From Octopus vulgaris (lineage: Eukaryota): a stretch of DNA of 64,000 nt. The translations under genes and the position numbers were made by a program. The DNA is taken from the NCBI GenBank assembly GCA_951406725.2, contig OX597814.1, forward strand, positions 164,610,001-164,674,000, given 5' to 3'. Every line of letters begins with the position of its first letter. The first letter of the stretch is position 1. Positions 11,112 to 24,316 of this stretch are shown in pieces. The notes under the pieces were generated by a model, which saw nothing but the letters and a program-made list of their open reading frames with translations, did not search any database and was not told the DNA's origin.

Positions 11112-12848
11112 TGATAAATCTAATCAGTCGCCCAGTTTAACACCTTTGGCTGTCTTTAGTGCAATCCACTTTGTTTCAAACATTCGTACAAGATCTGTGG
11201 TCTCAGGGTAACTTAATATTGTGAAGTATTGCTTCCTACTAAAACAACTCCTGTGCTCAACTTAGTTTTTTGGGTCATTAAAATAAATAAATAAATAAAT
11301 AAAGTCATAACAAATAGAAAAATCTCTTGATGAAATGAATGTCATTTCTAGCAATGAATTACTTTTATTTCAGAAAATGCTGAATATTTATTCCAGTTTG
11401 TAATTGTGTAACACTCGCAATACGAGTCGAAATATATTAAGGCAGTTCATAATTTTTTGTTTTTCAGTTTACTATAAGTCAGGTAAACTCGACATGTTGA
11501 TATGTCCAGTAAATAGGTTTGCGTGTACATATGTACACGTGCACACATACCCACGCATGCACACACATACATGCATATACATGAATGTATTCAGTTGGGA
11601 ACTTGAGAAAGAATTCCTCCAAATTAGTTATTCTGTGCTATATGCATTGAATATATTAAATGTCTTTCATTAACTATAGCTAACAGCATTAGTATGAATA
11701 GAGTTTCGATTATATACATACATGCCGGCATACATACATTCATACATACATACATACATACGTACATACATACATACATACATACATACATACATGACAA
11801 AAATTTGAGACAGAGAAGAGAAAGCTATGTACAGTGGTCAAAATCAGATTCCTGGCGGATGTTAACACGAAGCTAAAAATTAGCGAAAAAGAGAATAAAT
11901 ACGCTGAACTATTGAGAAATCTACACTTACTCTAAGTCCAGATTTATAATTGTAATTATTGGCGCACTGGGATATGTAACACACTACATAAGTACCAATG
12001 TTGAGAAATTAAGCTTCTCAAAACGAGGAAAGAGAAATCTGATTCGAAGACTACAGATCCGCTCCAACACTGGAACTGTAAAATTGTTTAAAACTTTCCA
12101 GAAGTTTATCATTTAAGTAAATATGCGCATGTTTTGACATGCATGAGAATACATACATAAAGGAAAACATACAAATCTGCACATGCTGGGATTCCAAATA
12201 CTGCATATATAAATACATAGATATAAAAATACCCTGTTGATGTTGTTGAAATTCTTATGAATGAGCCTTGGATCTAGACTAGAAACCGGCTCTTTCTCTA
12301 TTGGTAAGAAGCTTTGAAATAAAACTGAATAATGACATACATACATACATACATACATACATACATACATACATGCATGCATACCTAGTACATGTATACA
12401 TGCACATACGCACATACATACGTATACACACATATACACATCTATTTGTTTTAATTTAATATATATTAACTCGAACTTGTGTAAAACTTATTAAATGAAG
12501 AACAGGAAGTGTCTCACAATTGCAGAATAGAATAAATTATTCATCCTTTTCTGAAGTAAAAGTAATTTATTGCTAGAACAGACATTCGTTTCATCAAGAG
12601 ATGTATTTATTTTACTTGTTAAGACTTAATCAGAGGAGAGAAACAAGTCCATGACCTTCAAGATAAAAGGAACAAAAAAGTAAGTTGGACGCAGAGGTTG
12701 TTTTAGTAGGAAGCGATACATCACCGTATTATACATCGACGTGTGAGACCACAGATCTTGCACGAATGTTTGTAACAGGATGGACCGCGCTAAATACAGC
12801 CAAAGGCTCGGTAACGGTGTTAAATTGGGCGACGGAATAAATTTATCA
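11112..12848. mobile_element. Old long-inverted-repeat (foldback / long-TIR) structure
   Basis: 11112-11415 is a diverged reverse complement of 12508-12848, e.g. CAAGATCTGTGGTCTCA/TGAGACCACAGATCTTG and GCTTCCTACTAAAACAAC/GTTGTTTTAGTAGGAAGC. Confidence 0.75.
11796..12335 (+). mobile_element. 5'-truncated RLE-type non-LTR retrotransposon (R4/Dong-like) in (CATA)n
   Basis: Frameshifted translation ADVNTKLKISEKENKYAELLRNL...IIGALGYVT...KTFQKFII* typical of a restriction-like endonuclease C-terminus; 3' UTR with AATAAA; (CATA)n on both sides. Confidence 0.8.
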
Positions 12849-13189
12849 CTGCCTAAAAAGTAACATCAAAGTAGTTTCCGCACAGTTTCGATCGCCCCAG
12901 TTTCACTGACAAGGCTTGAGACTAACTTAGGCAGTGGCAGAAGGTACTTGCTCAAGGAACCGCACAGTGGGATCGACTCTAGGTATATTTGATTACGAAG
13001 CAAGCTTCACCATCCAGCCACAACAGAACCTATTGTGGTATATGCATAAGCAATCACGTGTTATAAGCAACAAATTATTGAATTATGGCCTAATACCTAT
13101 AAGCCATATTGTGTGGCCTATAGCCAATGAATTTGTTCACTTTAAAATAATCGTATTTCTTTTTAAGAAGTAGTCATGTAATCTTTATC

Positions 13190-13660
13190 AGGTGGATGTT
13201 AACCTGAGAATGAATGTGAAAGTGGCTGCTAAGGTTGTGGTTGTGTTAGTGATAAATGTGATAATGATAGTGGTTGTGGTTGATATTCTAGGACTAGATA
13301 ATATGGTTTGTGTACGTGTAGGGATGGTTATTTTGGCGCTTGCAGTGGTGGTGTTTGGTAGTCGCCGTGGTGTTAGTATGTTATTCGATATATTGTGTGT
13401 AGTTATGATCGTAAACGTCGTGACTCTTTTGGGTGTAACTCTAGTATAATCGAGATGGCTAGATTTGTGTTGGTAGTGATGGTAGTGATGGTGGTGGTAT
13501 TGGTATTGGTAGTGGTGGTATCGGTAGTTGTGCTGATAGTAATCGTGGTGATAGTAGTGGTGATGGTAGTTGTGGTACTGGTTGTGGTGGTTGCGGTGGC
13601 GGTGGTGTTGGTGATAGGCGTGATGGCTGTGGTGTCAGTGTTGGTGGTGATGTGTCTGTG
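13190..13660. repeat. Degenerate GTG/GTA/GTT trinucleotide tract
   Basis: Source of the poly-Val and poly-Thr ORFs; similar tracts at 14530-14740, 24010-24260, 31080-31180 and 63550-63720. Confidence 0.85.
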
Positions 13661-15488
13661 TCTGAGTGGTTTGTCGGTCGACACAGTGAAAGGTGCAATA
13701 AAGTATATGTTAGAGATATTGAAGATATAAATTAACAACTGAAAGCACCGCCTTATTAATGTAACCTCTATCGTAATTGACGTGTGTATGTGTGTGTGTG
13801 TATGTGTGTGTATGTGCGTGTATGTACCTATGAGTGTGTGTGTACGTATGTTTATGTGATACATATATATACAAACGTGTGTTCCCGTGGGAATGCATGT
13901 ATTTCTAAGTGTGTGTGTATCTGCACTTATGTATAGGCATAAGCGCTTGTGTATACATACACACATGCACACGCACGCACACAAATACACACACACACAC
14001 ATGGTATACTGTTCGCTTGGTAATAGGGTCAGCAAAAAAGTCCTCAATCCAGCGAGAGAGGTATATCATTCAATGAATATGGGAGTTATATACGTGAACT
14101 ACTTTAAGTTTCATGCTAAAACAAAGCAGTCATCGGACGGGCTTGTATAGCGCATCGTGCACGATGCAGTAATCGATCAGGTTAAAAAATTAGCATTTTA
14201 CACCAAGAACATCAAAAAGATTTTTCCTTTGCTATTAGAGACAAGTTTCCGCCGCAAGTAGTTATTATTTATAGGTTAACGGAAACTGGATGTTTGTATT
14301 TGCTAGCATCACATCTTTTTTTCCAATCGTTCATTTAAATATAGCTAGATGGTTTGTTGGGTAAAAAGAGATTTATTATAATCTGCCTAGAAATGAAAGA
14401 AACATTGCGTGTGAGAAGTATCAACCGTCTAATAAAACATAAAACATAACAACATCAACAAAACAACATAAAGATTATCCCGTTCCATTTATACAATTAT
14501 CGTTGAAAAACAAAAAAAAGAAATTCACTATTAATAAAATTACCAGTAGCATCGACACCACTGTCTCTACCACCATACCAGTGTCACCAACACTACTAAT
14601 TACCTAGCTGTCACTATCACTAATGAACCCCCACCATCACCACCATCCCTATCCAAACTAAGATTCTCATCAACAACATCCAACATGAACATCAACATCA
14701 ACATACAAACCAGCGTCACTATTACCACAAAAGCACCACCAAAACTTTTACAGAGACAAAAACAAAAAAGGTAACAAAAATAATTAAAAAATAGCAAAAT
14801 GCAATATGCTGTCATACCACAGCTGAGTTAGTAGTCTCAAGTCTCAATCTCTTCACCATACTACTATATTAATGGAGTCTAAAGTATGTAATTTATCTTC
14901 GCCCTACCGTATGTCAACTATGGAGAAAACGTTAGTCAACTTAATAGATTTTCCACTGCAATATATACTTTAAGTGATTTCCTTTTTGTTTTTCCTTCTA
15001 TTTCATTCAAATTTTTCTTATTATTATTCCAACATCTCGTTAAACAACAGCAGACGATAGAATAAATATTACAACATCGTCCCTCCAAACAGCAGACGAG
15101 AGTAAATAATACAAAAAATCATACAGGAAGTCAATAAATGCTCTTTTTCTTGTTTTCAGACTCTTTTACATTTTCGGGTTTTTCTTTTGTTTTTCTTCCT
15201 GTAATTTCTTGTTACTTTCATTCATTCTCTTTCGTTATCTTATTTCTTTTCTGGTAACTTTTTCTTGCCGCGCTTTTTAAAAAAAATTTCTACCCTGTTT
15301 CCTTTCATTATTATTTTTCCCACTCTTTTTTTAATTTATTTACTGTTGAAAGAGTTTATGAGTGTGATAGTACAAGTATGTGTATTTTTGAGTGAGAAAT
15401 GTGTACTCGCGTGTGCCTGTGCTTGTTTGCATGCACATGTCAATGCAACTAATTCAAATATATACATATAAATGCATGTGTATACATA

Positions 15489-15555
<67 letters not shown>

Positions 15556-15556
15556 G

Positions 15557-15595
<39 letters not shown>

Positions 15596-17077
15596 GCGTA
15601 TATATCCATGTATACATGTAAGCATATATGTATATATATCTGTATGTAAGTGCCTGTAGAAGTACACACACATACACACACATCTGTGTGTGCATCTGGA
15701 TAAGTGTAAGTATTTATATGTTTATATGCGTAGCCATATATGCACATGCCACAGTAAATTTAACTTTGTTAAAATACTTTATTCACAACGTACGCTTTAA
15801 GTTACTTCCTTCTTACTTAAAAAAATTTTTTTGACTAAAGTTGAAAATGAAATGTGACACACAACTTCTTACATGAAAATGGACGCCTAACATCACATAA
15901 TACAAAGAAAAAAAGGAAAACATTAAGTACTTAAGCAAAAACCAAAACGAAACATAATTAACCCCTAAACAAACTATACTCTAATTTTAAAAAAAATAAT
16001 ACACTAAACAAAGCTGTTTCTAATTTAAATCAAAATCACCAACCAAATAGCCTTAGTCATTGAAAAACAAATATTAAGTTTATAAGCAACAGACGTAATA
16101 TAAAAAGAAATTGATTGAGTTTGTAGTGTAGAATATAACGATATGTCGACTTGTCGCAACTGGTAAATGATTTGATTTACTCTTTATTGACTGTAAACTC
16201 AGTATTTTAATGTTTATATTGTCATCAAAGGTCAAAGGAAGCCGTGTGCTTTAGACGTTCCTTTTAATAGTCATTTAGATCCATGTTCGATCCCACTTGT
16301 GCAGCACTTCAGTAAGTATCTTTTGCTGTAGCCTCGATTTAACCCAAGCACTGTAACTAAAATTAAGTAGATACAAACAGTGCAAAATCCCATCGGATAA
16401 AGTGTACTTGTCCTTGGGTGGCAGACTTAATCCGCCATCTTATTTGATACCACTTGCATGGTACTTGGGTACTTTTAGTGCGGACCCCATTCTGTTTCAA
16501 GTGTTCGAAAAATATCTCTTGTCTTACGGTTTTCCTTCTCTTCTCTCAACAGTTTTAGAGCCCCCATCCAATCTTCACCCAAAAAGACTATATCAAGTCG
16601 TATTTTCTTTGTGTTTTTTCTTTTTTTTATCTCTAAAGTGCTTTTTTATTTTTCGAAGCCACGTCCATTACTTAACTGTAAGATACTTTTACTCATAACT
16701 GTTCTGTGCACATAACTCTAAGAAATACCATTTGTAAAGTCTCACTTATGTAAGTGTTGTGCATTGAAACAAGTGTTTTCTTAGATCAAAATATTGGGCT
16801 GAAAAGCACATGAAGGTTTGGACACCATCAAAACATTCAGAGCGAGACACTCCTATTCCAGTTACAGATACTAATCCTACAGGACGGATTGTGAAATTAA
16901 TGACACACCAATTTCATCAACTGGTCATCTACTCAAGTCAAAATGAAGTAAAATTTTTATATGAAGCCCGAATGGACTTGGTTGAATGAACACTACTGAC
17001 GAAATAATTCCCAAACAAAAATTACGAAGAACACGATGGGTTATATACTCCTGGATATACATACATACATACATACA

Positions 17078-17112
<35 letters not shown>

Positions 17113-17113
<1 letters not shown>

Positions 17114-17318
17114 TTGTTGATTCGCTAGTTTCTGCACGCATTTTTTTTCTCTCCATGTTTCTCTCCGTGTTTCTTTTCTGTGTATCTTTCTGTTGAAGAG
17201 CGTAGGCTCGAAACGTAAAAGACTTGTTTTATTTATATTCCTGAGCGCCATACTAACACAATTGTTTGTTTGTATTCCACCTACCTTCGTCTTTTGTTTA
17301 TTTTCATAAAGCTTCCCG

Positions 17319-17320
<2 letters not shown>
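17113..17320 (+). mobile_element. Solo PLE-type pseudo-LTR with minimal hammerhead (17185-17222)
   Basis: Stem I TCTTT/AAAGA; core CTGTTGA plus an extra A; stem II GAGC-GTAG-GCTC; GAAACGTA with palindromic ACGT. Bounded by TA repeats; homologue at 24317-24520. Confidence 0.75.
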
Positions 17321-17374
<54 letters not shown>

Positions 17375-17896
17375 TTTTCTACGCATTTCGATCGAATCCC
17401 CAACGAGTTTACACGGGATCTCCTAACCACAATGTAACCCTCATATATTCAAGGTATCCCTGGCTTGAATAGTAGCTTGCGGGCTATTTCTCGCATAGAT
17501 AATTTACTACTTCTGAGGTTCAGCTATCTATGAAAAATGTAGCTTGCATTTTATCTATTCCATTCCCTAAAGTTTGGATGTTAATTCGCATATACAACAA
17601 CCCGTGTTGCTTATCTGGAACAATAAAATTCATTTTTTCAGCTTCGACACAGAAAAAATTTACAACCTTCTACGACAATAAACCACTGATGTTCCTGAAA
17701 GTTGTAGTATATGTATTGCCCAAGCAATTTGAAAGTTGTTTTTCATATCTGAAAGTTGTTGAAAGTTGTTTTTCAAATGGCGGTGCCCCAGCATGGCCAC
17801 AGCTCATGAGCTGAAACTAGAATCAATCAATCAATCTACGGATTACTTGAAGCTCTCTAACTTCCTACACTTTGATACTGGGATCATAGCTTTTCA

Positions 17897-18001
<105 letters not shown>

Positions 18002-18039
18002 TTCACCACCATAGACATACATACAAATAAATTTGTATG

Positions 18040-18440
18040 TATATATATCTATGTATGTCTATGTGTTTGTCTCCCACCACTACTCGACAACCGGTGTTCG
18101 TTTGTTTATATCCCCGTAACTTAGCGGTTAGGCTATAAAGATTGACAGAATAAGTACCAAGCTTTAAAAAATATAAGTACTGGGGTAAATTCGCTTGACT
18201 AAAACCTTTCAAGGCGATTTCCCAGCCAGGCTGTAGACCAGTGACTGAAACAAGTGAAAGAAAGATGAAAGATATACAGGCGTGGCTGTGTGGTAAGAAG
18301 CTTGCTTCCCAAACACATGGTCCCGGGTTCAGTTCCACAGCGTGGCACCTTGGGCAAGTATTTTCTCCTATAGTCTTGGGCCAACCAAAGCCTTGTCAGT
18401 GGGTTTGGTAGATGGAAACTGAAAGCCCGTCATATATGTA
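18040..18440 (+). mobile_element. SINE-B 3' half followed by SINE-B 5' half
   Basis: Tail segment 18040-18275, head segment 18278-18440. Confidence 0.8.
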
Positions 18441-19136
18441 TAAATATATATATATATACATATTTATGTAGATGTGTGTTTCTCGTGTATGTGTAAAGTT
18501 TTGTCAGTAAACAGGTCGCGGTTTCAAAGCGACGAATATTTTTTGACACAAATGAAATTTAAATGTTGAAGAGAAACTAATGGTTTTTGTGTGTTCTTGA
18601 ATAGCTTACAAACATCTTCCACGCTGCAATTGTTTTTGTTTCAGCACACGATCTCAGATCAAGTCACTTGCTATGCAAGTACATATATATATATATATAT
18701 ATATAAACATACATACATATTTCAACATATATCAAGGCATGTGCTATACACCTGATTATCTTGATTATCAGTTATGTGGGTACTCATATATGGTTACATA
18801 AAGCATATGAATTATACATAATATACATTTTTGGAGTATATATGAATATACATGCGTGTGTGTGTGTGTGTGTGTGTGTGTGAGTATCCGGGTAGTACAC
18901 TATGCCTGTATGTGCTTAGATATATGTATTTGTATATATAGTTTTCCTCTAAACACACCTACACAAATACATGAAATTTTCCGGGCAGCAGATGTTCATG
19001 TTACTGTATATGCAAACGTGCACTCACACATGCGCGCGGACACATAATACCTGTTTACACATGTGCGTATTTCTCTATCCACACACTCTCACAAGCATGT
19101 ACACAAATACTCTCATTAAATCTCTCACTCTCTCTC

Positions 19137-19235
<99 letters not shown>

Positions 19236-19406
19236 TCGCTATGAAAGAAATCCCTACTTTTCTCTCTTCGTTTGATCTTGGTTTTATTTCTAAAAAATAA
19301 ACACTGCAATACTTACGAAGTATTACTGTTTCGAAACATTTTTCTTCTTATGAACTCACATATTTTGACACAGTTCCTTGTGTTGAACCGACAGCAGCAA
19401 CAGCGT

Positions 19407-20097
19407 GGAGGCGCAATGGCCCAGTGGTTAGGACAGCGGACTCGCGGCCGTAAGAACGCGTTTTCGATTCCCAGACCGGGCATTGTGAGTGTTTATTGAG
19501 CAAAACCACCTAAGCTCCACGAGGCTCCGGCGTAGGAGGGGGTGGTGAACTCTGCTGTACTCTTTCACCACAACTTTCACTCACTCTTCTTCCTACTTCT
19601 GCAACAAAGCAGAGGAACCATGGTGTAACCCACTATGGTGTGGTAAACTTTCAGACCCTAGTCTAGCTTGCGAATCATTTGTACCCCAGGATGGTTCAGC
19701 TCTCCACCCGTTAAAAGCCACCGTTTATGGAATGAGGATAACAACGTAGCTTTCGCGCCCGTGCAACCGCCAGTCTATCGCGCGTAGTAGGTGGATCTTC
19801 AAGTTGCCACACGCATTCTTAGTAGCTTAGAGTAGTCTCGAATTAGAGATTATTTTCTTGTGGCTAATGGTGTGAGTCCTGATTGGAAGAAGCAGCAACA
19901 GCAGCAGCCGATCAAGAATTTGGACCTGGAGATTTCTATTTCCAGCAACTTCGAGGGCCAGCTCCCAGTGGTGTCGGGCGTCAACGAAGAGCCCTCTACT
20001 ACAACAAGACAACCAAAGTTTTTTTTTCCAAAGTCTGGGATCTCCCGCCCCTAAGCCCTAGACCATCACCTAATTACCCTTACCCGTCTTGTTGCTT

Positions 20098-20141
<44 letters not shown>
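19407..20141 (+). mobile_element. SINE-C head (19407-19600) fused to an unassigned ~500-bp body ending in (CAA)n
   Basis: Head GGAGGCGCAATGGCCCAGTGGTTAG...TTCGATTCCC; possible TSD ACAGCAGCA(A/G)CAGC at 19391-19404 and 20141-20154. Confidence 0.55.
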
Positions 20142-20143
<2 letters not shown>

Positions 20144-20989
20144 GCAGCAGCAGCAGCAGCAGCAGTATAACAAGAAATCTTGTATATAATGATCATAACG
20201 TAATATATGTATAGATGTAAGCAAAACTCTAAACAAGTTTTGGGATCAAGCAAAAAAAGATACAATAAAAGAATCTTTAAAATTCAAGATCTAATATATT
20301 TTGGAATAAAAACGTTGGTTTATTTTTAATTTTGTATATCATTTCTGCTCAAAGCCCACAACTCTTTCTCTTCATCGCTCATTCATTGTGATAATCTATT
20401 TTTCCGTCATCATTGTGTCACCTCCGCACCACAGTGCAACTTATACTGACATTCACTGTCATGACGATAAGATAACAGAAATTATATGAATTTAATGAAG
20501 AAAATATTCACGTATAGCAAGAATAATGAATCAAAATACTTCGTTACATTATTTCGTAACTTTAAATCTTCTTATAAGTGTTTAAAAAGTTATGAAACAT
20601 TTTATAGAGATTTCATTATTTATTGATGTCTAAGTTTCTTAAAAATTATTTCCCACATATTTTTCATTTTTTTCTTGCTTGTTTATTGATCTGCCTTTAA
20701 AAATTAGGAAAAGATTCACTGTACAATGTGAGCAAATATATACAAACAGACAGAAAAAATAAAAATAAATGTCAATCTCGGATTATGGTGCAAAGCATAC
20801 AATTTTAAAGGAAAGGTGCAGTTAATAATTTGCTTCTAGTGTCTCGAATGATTCATATCAACTTCTTGGCAGCACTACCAGCTAAATATTTTTTGTAAAT
20901 TAACTGTGGCTCCAGAGCTGAAAGTCCTCTCGAAAAGACGTCCAGCCTCCTCTAAGAACGTCATCACTTTCCCCACCTATCGCTTTAGC

Positions 20990-21240
20990 TTTTGCCGTCA
21001 CGATCGTAAGAGCACGGCTTGGGTTCCCGCACTCGGTGGTGCGCTATGTTCTTGAGCAAAAGAAAAAAAATCCACTTAATTTCACATTGTTCCAGTCCAC
21101 TCGGCTGTAAATGAGTTAATCTTATGACAAAATGGTGTCCCGTTCAGAGGTTGAAGTTCAGTGCTGTAATTTCAGTCACTTATACACCACGGAAATGGGA
21201 TAAGCTCCTGACTTGATGAGTCCTCTGGTTCATAACAGGC
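20990..21240 (+). mobile_element. Old SINE with V-SINE-like central motifs
   Basis: GTTCTTGAGCAA..CACTTAATTTCACATTG..CCAGTCCACTC.GCTGTAAATG, TGGTGTCCCGTTCAG, GGGATAAGCTCC. Confidence 0.5.
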
Positions 21241-21715
21241 CAAAGTATCAGTCCTGTATAGGTTGCTAATGTAGAAGTTCCAACAATAGCATTGCCTCAC
21301 TAGAAGAGGGTTGTGAGCGCCTGATAACATTCACGATGCCAAATGTTTTGTTTTGATCTTCGCGTGTCTCAGGACTGCCGCCCTGTCAAACAGACTAAAT
21401 AACAACGGAAGCGATCTAGACGTTGGTCATCGTTGCACGGAATTTCAGTCATAGCTTTGTCTCAGATAATTCTTGGTGAGATTGGACACCCTGCTTGCTA
21501 CAGCACTCCAGTTCCTATCAAACAGATGATCCGAACCAGAAACAGTTCAATCGGTCTGTTCTTCATAAAAAAAAAGAACAAGAGAAAAGGAGAGAAAAAG
21601 ATGAGAAAGGAAAAATGAAAAAAAATGAGATGAAAAATATAACACGTGTAGAATCTCTTCAATTCTAAATTGAAATAAATGTAATCGCAGGTGTATACGC
21701 TTGTGTGTGTGTGAG

Positions 21716-21752
<37 letters not shown>

Positions 21753-22299
21753 AAGAGAGAAAGAGGGAGGGAGGGAGGAGGGAGAGGCTCCAGTTTACTC
21801 AGGTGAGTTCTGGTGAAACTCTTGCATCTTCCTTCTCTCACGTCCTCGATGGTCAGTTGGGTCACACGGGATGGGAAGGGTTGAGAAGGTGTCAGTATCT
21901 GCTCGTAACCACATAAGCACCTAAAACAGTTTACGAAAGCTGGGAACTTGTGATTAAATCATATTCGCTGGTGAGTGAAGGTTATACATACATGCACACA
22001 CACGTACACATGCATGTATGTATGTGTATATATATATATATATAGGGGTAAAATATGAAAAATCAACGAAAATGCATATTGTAAATAGAAAAAGGCTATT
22101 TATGACAGGTAGCGACAAATGTATACATTTAGATTGACTGAGGTAGTAATTAATACAAGTCATAAAGGTCATTATTATAAGATGATTATAAGATGATAAT
22201 AAAGTAAGAGAACAAAACGAACCAATGGTTTACGCGAAGCTATTCATCATATATATACATATTTATATGTATATATGTGTGTATATAAATGTATATTCC

Positions 22300-22650
22300 A
22301 TATTTAATCTCCTTTCTGTCAACACTCAAATGTAAGATTTCTTCCCTGAAGACGGTGACGCGTATCATCCGAGGATGAAATCAATTTACAATCATTATTT
22401 TGGACTACCAAACCCCTAGAAACAGCTGTTGGATTTGTAGTACTCTTATTAAACCCCTTTCTATTCTGTGTAAGTCGAACTTTTTCCTATGTAAACATAA
22501 ATACATTTTTTGCATTTAATGTATTTAATATTCTTTGTATATCGACCTGCTTAACTTGCTTGTACTTACATTTACTCCTCTACCTGCTCAAGTTTAAACC
22601 TCTTGAGCACTACTAAGTGTATTCTATACGGAGAATATCTGATTCTCATC
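22300..22650 (+). mobile_element. Putative PLE pseudo-LTR with degenerate long-stem-II hammerhead
   Basis: CTGAAGA at 22346-22352 and GAAACAGCTGT at 22419-22429 (same palindromic stem III as at 9925-9935); TA-rich repeats on both sides. Confidence 0.45.
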
Positions 22651-22679
22651 TATATACATACACACAAGTATATATATAT

Positions 22680-23063
22680 GGAGGCGCAATGGCCCAGTGG
22701 TTAGGGCAGCGGACTCACGGTCATAGGATCGCGGTTTCGATTCCCAGACCGGGCGTTGTGAGTGTTTATTGAGCGAAAACACCTAAAGCTCCACGAGGCT
22801 CCGGCAGGGGATGGTGGTGATCCCTGCTGTACTCTTTCACCACAACTTTCTCTCACTCTTACTTCCTGTTTCTGTTATACCTTGTATTTCAAAGGGCCGG
22901 CCTTGTCACTCTCTGTGTCACGCTGAATATCCCCGAGAACTACGTTAAGGGTACACGTGTCTGTGGAGTGCTCAGCCACTTACACGGTAATTTCACGAGC
23001 AGGCTGTTCCGTTGATTCGGATCAACCGGAACCCTCATCGTTGTAACCGACGGAGTGCTTCCA
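22680..23063 (+). mobile_element. SINE family C (tRNA-derived head, long tail type 1)
   Basis: A/B boxes; near-identical reverse copy at 58880-59268. Confidence 0.9.
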
Positions 23064-23083
23064 CCACTATATATATATATATA

Positions 23084-23488
23084 TACTCTTTACTCTTTTA
23101 CTTGTTTCAGTCATTTGACTGCGGCCATGCTGGAGCACCGCCTTTAATCGAGCAACTCGACCCCGGGACTTATTCTTTTGTAAGCCCAGTACTTATTCTA
23201 TCGGTCTCTTTTGCCGAACCGCTAAGTAACGGGGACATAAACACACCAGCATCGGTTGTCAAGCAATGCTAGGGGGACAAACACAGACACACAAACACAC
23301 ACACGCATATATATATACATATATACGACGGGCTTCTTTCAGTTTCCGCCTACCAAATCCACTCACAAGGCTTTGGTCGGCCCGAGGCTATAGTAGAAGA
23401 CACTTGCCCAAGGTGCCACGCAGTGGGACTGAACCCAGAACCATGTGGTTGGTAAACAAGCTACTTACCACACATCCACTCCTGCGCC
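23084..23488 (-). mobile_element. SINE family B, full length
   Basis: Complete reverse copy. Confidence 0.9.
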
Positions 23489-24316
23489 TATATATATGTA
23501 CATACACATACATATATACATAAATATATATTTATTTATATATATATAAAGGCACACTACACACGCATACACTCAATGATAAATGCGTGTACGTGCACGT
23601 GTGGTGTTCTTATGCTTGTGTATTGTGTATGTGTGTGTATGTGTGTGTATGAGTGCTTGCGTGTGTGTTAATATAACATTAATACTCGTACAGGCATTAT
23701 CTTTTACAAGATAAGCCATCCAGCCATCCACCCCTTTGCGCCGTATTACTGGGTATTTTATTACAGTAGTTAACGTCGTTGCCATTCTCTGCGGTCCTGT
23801 CACAATAAACAAGGACGATATAACAGGGTGGACAGAGTGAGGTGAGTGTTTACTTTACCACAGCATTCCTCACCCACTTAGGTTGTTATCGGAGGTAAAA
23901 ATCAATAACACTTTCGATGATTGACAAAATAATACAAATTCCTTCTGGGTGGTTCCATATGCATACAGAATAAAGCAGAATATGTTTATTTTCTTATTGT
24001 TATCGCTTCTGCTACTTACGTTGTTGATGCTGCTGCTGTTGCTGCTACTGATGTAGTTGCTGCTATTGTTAATACTGTTGTTGTTGTTTTTTAATTGTTG
24101 TTGTTGTTCTGGTGCTTTCATTATTGTACTGTGAAATGGTTTTTGCTTGTATTCATTGCTAAGGTTTTGGCTGTTATCTCTGTTGTTGTCATTGTTGTTA
24201 CTGTTATTGCTGCCGTGGATTTTAGTATTGATATTGCTGTCATTATTGTTGTAGTTCTTGCAGTAACTTTCATTACGTATGTTTTATCAATATATATATA
24301 TATATATATATATATA

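Noticed and set aside
19827-20012. Minus-strand TPR-looking peptide GLFVDARHHWELALEVAG
   Set aside because: Several frames are open in this patch and it probably lies inside a retroposed unit; a gene cannot be supported.
22680-22755. tRNA-like sequence
   Set aside because: Head of a multicopy SINE with TSD-bounded copies; not a clean cloverleaf.
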